The notes beneath the pieces were generated by a model. That model had not been told where the DNA came from. It ran no database searches and worked only from the letters and a program-made list of their open reading frames with translations. This document shows positions 56,423 through 64,000 of a DNA stretch of 64,000 nucleotides, in pieces. How positions within the stretch are numbered: the first letter of the stretch is position 1; each line of letters starts with the position of its first letter. The position numbers and the translations under genes are program-made. Source of the DNA: Bacillota bacterium (GTDB lineage: Bacteria; Bacillota; Clostridia; Christensenellales; SZUA-584); assembly GCA_023416745.1 (NCBI GenBank), contig JAEZHF010000063.1, forward strand, positions 7,272-71,271, given 5' to 3'.

Positions 56423-56501
56423 TTAATCCGCCTCCTTTGCTTTTATTTTTAACTTTTGGTGACCCAATTATGAAGAAGGACCGATGTCAATATAATCAAA
56501 A

Positions 56502-58124
56502 TCAACGTCCGATGAATTCGCGCAGTATGCTGCTGCGCGGAATCAGGCTTTCGTCGTCCAGGCTCATAAAATAATTTAAAAATTTCAGCAGAGCCAGCGC
56601 TTCGGGATAATGCTCCATCTCGGGCGTGAAAGCGCGCAGCTCGCTGTAGGCGTATTTTTTGAGCACCAGCGGTTCGTACAGCAGCGTAGAGTTAAACATC
56701 ACATCGGCATTCTCCTGATACGGGAGTATATATTTGTATTCGCCGCGCCGCACCGAATCCCATATAGCCAATGTCTGTGCAAACGAATAGCCGCGCGTGC
56801 GCTTATCGCGCACCAGCCGCCTCAGCAGCCGCAGGTCTTCCGGCACCACCACGCTGTGGCTGTCGATGTTGAGCGTTGTGAGCGGCGAAATGAATATGCG
56901 GAACTTGTATGCGTCGTCCACGCCTTCCGTCAGCGCGTGATTCAGCCCGTGTATGCCTTCTATGATCAGTATGTCGTCGCGGATGCGCAGCGGCACCGTC
57001 GATATCCGCCGCCCTTCCACAAAGCTGAACCGCGGCAGCTGCGCTTCCTGTCCGGCAAGCAGCAGGTTCAGATCATCACTGAGCTTAGCAGTGTCCAGCG
57101 CATCGATCGTCTCAAAATCAGGTTTGCCGAATTCGTCCAGCGGAATGTTGGATCGGTCGCCGTAATAGTCGTCCACAGAAATGGGCTGGCAGCGGCGGCC
57201 CAGCACCTTAAGATGGACCGCCAGCCGGGACGCGAAAGTCGTTTTACCGGAAGACGACGGGCCCGCCACCAGCACGATGCGCACCCGCGGTTTGCTCGCG
57301 ATGCGCTGCGCGATCTCCGCAATGGTACGCTCGTGCAGCGCTTCGTTGACGTTGATAAACTCCTCTGTATCGCCTCGGCGCAGCAGGTTGTTGAGGTCTG
57401 CGACGTAGGATATACCCAGAACACCTGCCCAACGTTCCGCCTGACGGAACACTTCGCCGTACTTGGGCTGCTTTATGATGGACGTTCCCGCTTCGATATA
57501 CGGCGTGGGATACGTGAGTATCAGACCGTCGTCGTACGCATGCACCTGTGCGCTGATCAGATAGCCCGCGCTTCTTGGCATGATGCCGTGGAAATAGTTA
57601 TGCAGACCGCCGTATTCATACAGGCGGTAATAATCGAACGGGCGAAACGCAAGCAAGGCAGCCTTGCTGATGAGCCCTTCGGCGAGCATGATCTTTCTGG
57701 CCTCTTCCACGCGCATTTGTGTCAGCACAAACTCCTCGTCCGCCGCGATCAGCGCATCCAGCCGCTGCTGCAGCTCAGCCACATCACCGGGCTTCAGATC
57801 ATCCATCTCGCAGTAAAGGCCGCCGCACAGCATGAATTCCACCACCAGCGCGCGATCCGGGAAGAGCTCCTTCGCCGCCCGGTATAGAAGGAATGTCGCG
57901 CCGCGCAAAAACACACGGGATGCCTCTTCGCTGTCCCGCGCGGCCAGAAATCTGACGGTCGCACCGGGTTCGGGCGCATCCGCCAGCGAAACGATTCGGC
58001 CGTTCATCAGCGCGCACACCGCATATGTCGCCCCTGCTTCCTTCGCAAGCTGCCATAACCTTGCGGGCTCTGTATATGTAATTTTTCTGACGCCGCCATT
58101 CACAGCGGTGATATAGCTTTCCAT
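56502..58124 (-). CDS. Nucleoside/uridine kinase-family protein with an N-terminal TGS/ThrRS-like extension
   Basis: P-loop GPSSSGKTTFASRL in the C-terminal half, with a long N-terminal extension. The start was trimmed to MESYITAV at 58124. Confidence 0.7.
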   Translation of the reverse strand: MESYITAVNGGVRKITYTEPARLWQLAKEAGATYAVCALMNGRIVSLADAPEPGATVRFLAARDSEEASRVFLRGATFLLYRAAKELFPDRALVVEFMLCGGLYCEMDDLKPGDVAELQQRLDALIAADEEFVLTQMRVEEARKIMLAEGLISKAALLAFRPFDYYRLYEYGGLHNYFHGIMPRSAGYLISAQVHAYDDGLILTYPTPYIEAGTSIIKQPKYGEVFRQAERWAGVLGISYVADLNNLLRRGDTEEFINVNEALHERTIAEIAQRIASKPRVRIVLVAGPSSSGKTTFASRLAVHLKVLGRRCQPISVDDYYGDRSNIPLDEFGKPDFETIDALDTAKLSDDLNLLLAGQEAQLPRFSFVEGRRISTVPLRIRDDILIIEGIHGLNHALTEGVDDAYKFRIFISPLTTLNIDSHSVVVPEDLRLLRRLVRDKRTRGYSFAQTLAIWDSVRRGEYKYILPYQENADVMFNSTLLYEPLVLKKYAYSELRAFTPEMEHYPEALALLKFLNYFMSLDDESLIPRSSILREFIGR

Positions 58125-58383
58125 TGTTCCCCCATGTATTAACATTTTCTATCAGTATAATCGGTTTTTATACGAATTCACAATACTGTTTGATGCAAAT
58201 TCACATAGGTGTCATAGGATGTTCACACCCGAGCCGCTGTTTTGTCGTATTAACGCGCTCCGTTTGTATTTTTGGGGTATTCTTTGCATGCCTTAGTTTT
58301 GCCGTGTATAATCGTTTTGCTATTAACGTGCAGCACGACTTTACCATCACCGTTTTGTGGCAGCCGTCGGAAAGGACAATGCT

Positions 58384-59979
58384 GTGAACAAACGCAATAT
58401 CACCAGTATTATCGTCATCTCCGCTCTGCTTGCGGCGTTGTTTCTGACGCCGGCCATCATCCATGCAGGCGGCCGCGCGCATCATATATCCGATCTCTCA
58501 GCCCCGCAGAGCGCGCTTGACAGCATCATGTCCGCCCGGTCACCTGCGACGCTCAGCGCGCTGGTCACACTGAACGCTGAAGCGCTGATGACCGACAAGT
58601 CCGCCGGACGTTATTATTATTCGCTGACAGGCGGCGATTATGACCCGGAGGTACACATAAGCGGCTCCGATGAATTGAATATCGTTTTTTTGAACAGCGC
58701 CATCACACCTCAAAGCATCAACGGTGACGACGCTTTGCCCTTTTTACTGTATGACGACAGCCGGTACCAGCAATGTGAGCTGGTGGTGACCACGCTGCCG
58801 CTGATGTCCGTTAGCACCAGCGGCGATATTGGGCAGCAGGACACGCCGGCGCTGGTGCAGTTGTACGACAACGGCAACGGCAGCCTGCTGCAGAGCAGCG
58901 CATACATCCGTATCCGCGGCGGTTTGAGCCAGCTATATCCTAAGAAGTCATTTCGCTTGTCACTGAAAACGCAGGCCCAAACGCCGCGCCATCTGCCGCT
59001 GCTCGGGCTGCGCAACGACGACGACTGGATACTGTACGCCGCTTACAACGAGCCGGAAAAGCTGCGCTGCGCTCTGGCGACCGCACTGTGGGAAGATATC
59101 GGCGCACGCAGCAACAGCTTCGGCATCAGTTTCGGTTCACAGTGCGGCTTTGTGGAATTGTTTGTCAACGGCATATACAACGGATTGTATCTGCTGATGA
59201 CGCCGGTGGACGCCAAGCAGGTAAACCTGAGAGAAAACACGAACCCGGCGCGCTGTGAGTATCTTTACCGCTCGGTCGGCTACGGCACAACCGTCTCCGC
59301 TGATTTTAAAGCTGCGGCGGACTCCGTGATCGCGGGACAGTATGAACTGCGCGAGCCGGACGGTGCGGGCAATACCTATTCTAAATGGCAGCCGCTGGAC
59401 ACGCTGAACAGCCTGATATCAGAGGCAGGCGACGATGAATTTGAGACCGCAATATTCACGCAGACGGAGATAAGAAATGTTGTGGATTACTGGGTATTCA
59501 TCAATGCGGTGTATGCCGAGGACAACGTGGAAAAGAATGTGAACCTTGTTGCAAAATACAGGGACGGGCGCTATGTGATGCTGATGGGCGCGTGGGACCT
59601 CGACCTCACATTCGGAAATTATTATACAGAGGATGAGGAATTGAGCTGCCGCGTGGACCCGCGCCTGGCAGACGCCGCGCTGTGGAACAGCATGCTGATG
59701 GAGCGCGCACTGGCGCTGGACGCAGGCGGCATACGCGCAGCCATCTCAGCGCGCTGGGCTGAGCTGCGCGGCGGTGTGCTGGCTCAGGATGCCGTGCTGG
59801 CACGTCTGAACCGGCTCGAACAGGACGTCTTCGGCTCCGGTGCGGCGCGTCGGGACCATGAACGCTGGCCGGACGCTGCGTTCGCACCGGACTCCGCAGC
59901 ATTGGAGCAGTTTATCGGCGAACGACTCTCCTTCATGGACGGTTATGTGGACGACATCTCCCGGGGTCAGTTTCCATAA
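58384..59979 (+). CDS. cotH: CotH-family (spore coat protein H-like kinase) protein with an N-terminal membrane anchor
   Basis: KKSFRLSL, NDDDWILYAAYNEPEKLRCALA and WDLDLTFGN motifs. I propose the GTG start at 58384. Confidence 0.75.
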   Translation: MNKRNITSIIVISALLAALFLTPAIIHAGGRAHHISDLSAPQSALDSIMSARSPATLSALVTLNAEALMTDKSAGRYYYSLTGGDYDPEVHISGSDELNIVFLNSAITPQSINGDDALPFLLYDDSRYQQCELVVTTLPLMSVSTSGDIGQQDTPALVQLYDNGNGSLLQSSAYIRIRGGLSQLYPKKSFRLSLKTQAQTPRHLPLLGLRNDDDWILYAAYNEPEKLRCALATALWEDIGARSNSFGISFGSQCGFVELFVNGIYNGLYLLMTPVDAKQVNLRENTNPARCEYLYRSVGYGTTVSADFKAAADSVIAGQYELREPDGAGNTYSKWQPLDTLNSLISEAGDDEFETAIFTQTEIRNVVDYWVFINAVYAEDNVEKNVNLVAKYRDGRYVMLMGAWDLDLTFGNYYTEDEELSCRVDPRLADAALWNSMLMERALALDAGGIRAAISARWAELRGGVLAQDAVLARLNRLEQDVFGSGAARRDHERWPDAAFAPDSAALEQFIGERLSFMDGYVDDISRGQFP

Positions 59980-60074
59980 TGGCCCTGAAATACTTTGACT
60001 TAACCCAACGAACCATATAAAATATATCCATATTGATTGTTTGGTTTTGACATTTGTGTTTTGTGGAGGTGGCG

Positions 60075-60977
60075 GTGGATATCAGAAAGCTTATGCTGCG
60101 GAGCGCCGCATGCATAGTAGCGGCCCTGCTGGCTGTTACTGTATTTGGATCAATTCCGGCTGTGCTGGCTGCGGATGCGGAGAATGCCGCGTCTAAACAA
60201 TCAGACGTTCCGGTTACCGACCCTGAGCCGCTGCCCGTTACGAAGCAGCCGCTCACATTTACCGAGCTGGCTCCCGCCACCACGATGACGTTTGAAGAGC
60301 TGGTGGGCGATAACGGTATCCATTCCGACGAGGATCCGAGCAAAATGCCTCCGATGCCGCCGGCAGACAAATACAAGCTGGTGGTCGACGAATACCATCA
60401 GTTCGCCACCGTGTTTGAGAAAGACAGCAACGGTAAATATACCGTGCCGGTGCGCTACATCGTGGTCAGCACGGGATCGCGTTCCAACCCCACAGTGAAG
60501 GGTACCTTTGAGATGGGCGATAAATACGTGCGTTTCGGCAAGTTCGCCAGCTTCGGCGTATACGGGCAGTACTGGCGGCAGATCACGCGCAGCTTCTTCT
60601 GCCACTCGCTGATCTATTCGTCCAAGAGCGCCCGCAGCTACACCACCGACTCCTACCGAAATCTGGGTACACGCGCCTCGCACGGCTGTGTGCGCATGCT
60701 GGTGCCCGATGCGCGCTGGGTTTACTATAACCTTGGGGCGGGCACCGTCTGCGACATCATCAAGGGCGACAAGGACGACGCAAAAGCCGCTGCCATTAAA
60801 GCGCAGCTGACGCGGCCTGACCGGCCCGGCGAACGCCCACGCTTGAAGCCGGAGGACATCCCCGTCACCGAAGCCTGGCCGGGCTGGCAGGGCAATGCGT
60901 ACGCCCAGTATGCTGCGTATCTGACCTCGCTGGACGACAGCGAAGATGCGGAAGCGGCAGAAGACGGCGCCGCCTGA
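60075..60977 (+). CDS. L,D-transpeptidase (YkuD domain), secreted
   Basis: Signal peptide, and the catalytic motif SHGCVRM. I propose the GTG start at 60075, 5 nt after GGAGG. Confidence 0.85.
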   Translation: MDIRKLMLRSAACIVAALLAVTVFGSIPAVLAADAENAASKQSDVPVTDPEPLPVTKQPLTFTELAPATTMTFEELVGDNGIHSDEDPSKMPPMPPADKYKLVVDEYHQFATVFEKDSNGKYTVPVRYIVVSTGSRSNPTVKGTFEMGDKYVRFGKFASFGVYGQYWRQITRSFFCHSLIYSSKSARSYTTDSYRNLGTRASHGCVRMLVPDARWVYYNLGAGTVCDIIKGDKDDAKAAAIKAQLTRPDRPGERPRLKPEDIPVTEAWPGWQGNAYAQYAAYLTSLDDSEDAEAAEDGAA

Positions 60978-60987
60978 TATGAACACA

Positions 60988-61016
60988 AAAACCCGCCCCC
61001 TCGGACGGGTTTTTCT
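60988..61016. terminator. Bidirectional rho-independent terminator
   Basis: AAAAACCCG-loop-CGGGTTTTT, between convergent genes. Confidence 0.7.
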
Positions 61017-61041
61017 TATCCCTTTTCTGCTCAGTTTCTGC

Positions 61042-62094
61042 TCAGTCACTTTTGGCCGGGTTGAGCTCCGCGAGCTGATAACCCTTCTCGCTGAACAGTG
61101 CCACGCAGCAGTCCACCGCATCGGGATGGTAAAGCGTGCCGCGGTTTTGTATGATCTCGTTTAGCGCGGCATCCAGCCCGAGGCCCGCGCGGTATGGCCG
61201 GTGCGACATCATCGCCTCCACCACGTCCGCCACAGAGATGATGCACGTTTCCAGCGCGATCTCGCTGCCCTTTAGGCCGCGCGGATAGCCGCTGCCGTTC
61301 AGGCGCTCATGGTGCTGGTAAACGATCTCGGCGACGGGCCACGGCATCTCGTAGTTGCGCAGCACTTCATAGCCCTTTTGCGGGTGTTCTTTGATCAGCG
61401 CGTATTCCAGCTCGGACAGCTTTCCCGGCTTGCTGAGTATGTCGGTCGGAATGGTGATTTTGCCCACATCGTGGATACAGCCCGTCATGTACAGACCCTC
61501 CAGCGTATCGTCCGGCAAATCCATCTCGCGGCCTATCTCGCAAGCCAGTGCGCCCACGCGCCGCTGGTGACCGGCGGTATAAGGATCGCGCATCTCCAGC
61601 ATCGCGCCCGTGGCGTAGGCAATGTTGAGCATCGCCAGACGCAGCTTCTCGGTACGTTCCTCCACCTCGCGCTCCAGATTTTCCTTCTGTTTGATCAGGT
61701 CAGCCTCCAGTTGTCGTTTTTCATCGGACAGCTGCTTGACCTCCACCGCCTGACGGACGGTGCGCATCAGGTCTTCGCGCGATATGGGCTTAGCCAGATA
61801 GTCGCGCACCTCCAGCCGCACCGCTGCGGATGCCGTCTCTACTGTGGGTTCGCCCGTCATCAGTATTACCTGAGTATTAGGCCAGATGCGGTGCGTGTCC
61901 GCTATGAGGGACATCCCAGACTTACGCGGCATCACGATATCCGTCAGCAGCACGTCGTATTCCTTTTCTTTCAGCATGCTGACAGCTGCTTCCGCATTTT
62001 CTGCCGTCTCCGCCTCGTATCCTTCGCGCTTTAGGAATTCACTCAGCGTCAGGCGAATGCTTCTTTCATCGTCCACCACGAGTATTATCGCCAT
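61042..62094 (-). CDS. Response regulator with an HD-GYP output domain (c-di-GMP phosphodiesterase type)
   Basis: The REC domain (ILVVDDE...DVLLTDIVMP) is followed by HD (HDVGK) and HHERLNGSGYPRGL. Confidence 0.9.
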   Translation of the reverse strand: MAIILVVDDERSIRLTLSEFLKREGYEAETAENAEAAVSMLKEKEYDVLLTDIVMPRKSGMSLIADTHRIWPNTQVILMTGEPTVETASAAVRLEVRDYLAKPISREDLMRTVRQAVEVKQLSDEKRQLEADLIKQKENLEREVEERTEKLRLAMLNIAYATGAMLEMRDPYTAGHQRRVGALACEIGREMDLPDDTLEGLYMTGCIHDVGKITIPTDILSKPGKLSELEYALIKEHPQKGYEVLRNYEMPWPVAEIVYQHHERLNGSGYPRGLKGSEIALETCIISVADVVEAMMSHRPYRAGLGLDAALNEIIQNRGTLYHPDAVDCCVALFSEKGYQLAELNPAKSD

Positions 62095-62108
62095 GTCTTC
62101 CTCCTGTA

Positions 62109-64000
62109 TTATTCAATGTTCCATCCGTTATCTACAGGCAGCTCCAACACCGCCCGCGTATATTCTCCCGGCGTCGTTTCAAAATACAGCTCGCCGTGAT
62201 GCTCGCTCACGATACCGTGGCTGATCGACAACCCAAGCCCCGTCCCCATATCTCTCGGTTTGGTGGTAAAGAACGGGTTAAATATTTTGTCGATCACGTC
62301 CGCCGGAATGCCGGTGCCGCGGTCCTCCACCGTTACACGGAGCCAGCGCCGTCCATCCCGCTCGAACACACCGCCGCGGATTGTGATCCGCTTATCCTCG
62401 CTGAAGCCCTTATATTTGGCATTCAGCGCATCCCGTGCGTTGGTGATCAGATTCATCAGTACCTGCTGTATCTGCTGACTGCGGCACTTGATGCTGGGCA
62501 GCCCGTCGGGGATGCGAACCTCAAGCGTGATCTGATCATGCCGCAGTATCGTGCGCGTGAGTGACAGCGTTCCCGTCAGTATATCGCTGATCTGCGCGGG
62601 GCTGTGCGTCTTCTTCTCCTGACGGGAGAACTTGAGCAGGCTGCTCACGATTTCAGCAATACGCCGACCTTCGTAGATGATCTCCCCGCAGAAGTTTCTG
62701 ATTTCCTCGTCCGATGCGTCCGATTCGGTGATCAGCTGGGCGTAGTTGATGATGCCTGTTACCGGGTTGTTGATTTCGTGCGCCACGCCGCCCGCGAGCG
62801 TACCGATAGCCTCCATCTTCTGCTTCTGCTGGAGCTGGGTCTCCATGACTTCCTTTTCCTTTTCCATTTCCCGGCGCTCGGAGATATCGCGCATGAATAC
62901 CAGCGCGCCGTTCTCACCCTGATACCGGAACGGAACTGCGGAAACCTCCACATCCAGCAGGCTACCGTCCATTCGGACGATTATTTCTTCTTTCAGCGGC
63001 ACCGCGAGGCCTTTATGGTTCAGCGTGTTAATGCGCTCACTGACCACAGAACGGAAGTCTTCAGAAAAGTTCTGCACCACGACTCTGCCGATCAGTTCGC
63101 TCTCGGATTTTGCTTTGAACATTTGCACACACTTATTGTTCACATAGGCAAACTGTCCTTTTATCTGGACAAACACGGCATCAGGCGCGTTTTCAACGAA
63201 CAGCCGGAAGCGTTGCTCGCTCTCCGCCAGCTCTTTTTCAGCACAAAGTCTCTCAGTGATATCATGAACGATAGCATGGACTAGTTTGCGTCCGTCCAAT
63301 TCAACGCACACGCAATAGATTTCAACATTACGGATCTCACCGTCGCCCCGGCGATGCTTTGCGGTGCTGTAATTCATACCTTTTCTCAACGTATCATCCA
63401 TATGCGTACGAATCGATTCGACGTTTGCAGAATTCAATTCCCACATCATCCGGCTTTTTATCTCATCTTGCGAATATCCGTAATACACACAGGCTGCTTG
63501 ATTGGCGTCATATATCATGCCGGTGTCGCTGTCAACGATGATCTGTACCGCCGCGTTGTTGTGGAACAGATTCCTGTAACGGTTTTCGCTGGCACGCAGT
63601 TTTTTTTCCGCTTCATTTCTGTCTGTAATGTCATGGATCACGAGGCTGACGAATTTTCTGCCGTCGATATCGATAGGCCCGCTGAACGACGCCACCCAGC
63701 GCCGCTCACCTGACTTAAGCCTGTGTATCAGTTCATGATAATTTCTGACCCTGTTATAGGCATTATGAAGCCTTTCTAGCAAAGCATCAACAGGCAACTC
63801 GTTGATGACGGTCATGCGCTGCCCGATCAGCTCATCTGGGCTGTATCCGTAAAACGCGAAAGCAGCCGGGTTGGCGGCTTCTATGATACCCGTCTCCATC
63901 TCGACGACCAGTTGGACAGCCGATGTATCTTCAAACAGCGCTTTATAACGTCGTTCGCTTTCGATCAGCCGCCGCTCGGTATTGACATAATCCGTAATAT
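62109..64000 (-). CDS. Multi-PAS sensor histidine kinase; the 5' end lies beyond the right edge
   Basis: H-box VAHEINNPV, an N/G-box region and several PAS repeats. The frame stays open upstream of the track's Met through base 64000 (ITDYVNTERRLIESERRYKALFED...). Confidence 0.9.
   Translation of the reverse strand, partial: ITDYVNTERRLIESERRYKALFEDTSAVQLVVEMETGIIEAANPAAFAFYGYSPDELIGQRMTVINELPVDALLERLHNAYNRVRNYHELIHRLKSGERRWVASFSGPIDIDGRKFVSLVIHDITDRNEAEKKLRASENRYRNLFHNNAAVQIIVDSDTGMIYDANQAACVYYGYSQDEIKSRMMWELNSANVESIRTHMDDTLRKGMNYSTAKHRRGDGEIRNVEIYCVCVELDGRKLVHAIVHDITERLCAEKELAESEQRFRLFVENAPDAVFVQIKGQFAYVNNKCVQMFKAKSESELIGRVVVQNFSEDFRSVVSERINTLNHKGLAVPLKEEIIVRMDGSLLDVEVSAVPFRYQGENGALVFMRDISERREMEKEKEVMETQLQQKQKMEAIGTLAGGVAHEINNPVTGIINYAQLITESDASDEEIRNFCGEIIYEGRRIAEIVSSLLKFSRQEKKTHSPAQISDILTGTLSLTRTILRHDQITLEVRIPDGLPSIKCRSQQIQQVLMNLITNARDALNAKYKGFSEDKRITIRGGVFERDGRRWLRVTVEDRGTGIPADVIDKIFNPFFTTKPRDMGTGLGLSISHGIVSEHHGELYFETTPGEYTRAVLELPVDNGWNIE

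Overview
The window looks like chromosomal DNA from a high-GC, spore-forming anaerobic Firmicute (Clostridia, possibly Oscillospiraceae-like; the taxon is a guess). I found no rRNA, tRNA, CRISPR array or recognisable mobile element. Gene density is high and most genes are on the minus strand.

Recognisable content:
- mutS2, which runs off the left edge and is missing from the ORF track.
- An eight-gene trpEGDCFBA-aroF operon behind a consensus promoter and a Trp (UGG) T-box leader.
- cotJABC, cotH, an L,D-transpeptidase, cysK, rsgA, a cold-shock protein gene, an M32 carboxypeptidase and a fused CoA-transferase.
- Three c-di-GMP-related loci.

Poorly characterised modules, most interesting first:
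1. A radical-SAM plus TIGR03915-like 'DNA metabolism' pair. Its consensus promoter carries a perfect GAAC-N4-GTTC LexA box in the spacer.
2. An MtaB-like methyltransferase, a corrinoid protein and a COG0523 GTPase, with no MtaA or RamA nearby.
3. A translationally coupled Mrp / NifX-like / P-loop-ferredoxin ATPase operon. It lies divergent to DUF5320 and DUF134 genes, with repeated TATGCC motifs in both promoters.
4. A split HgdC-like activase plus two dehydratase-like subunits.
5. A putative di-haem 4-TM protein paired with an anchored cytochrome b5-like protein.

Two genes look broken. A yyaL-like gene carries three indels. A DUF5050-like lipoprotein gene in an AT-rich island carries an in-frame TGA.

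All family assignments come from reading motifs by eye. No database search was run.
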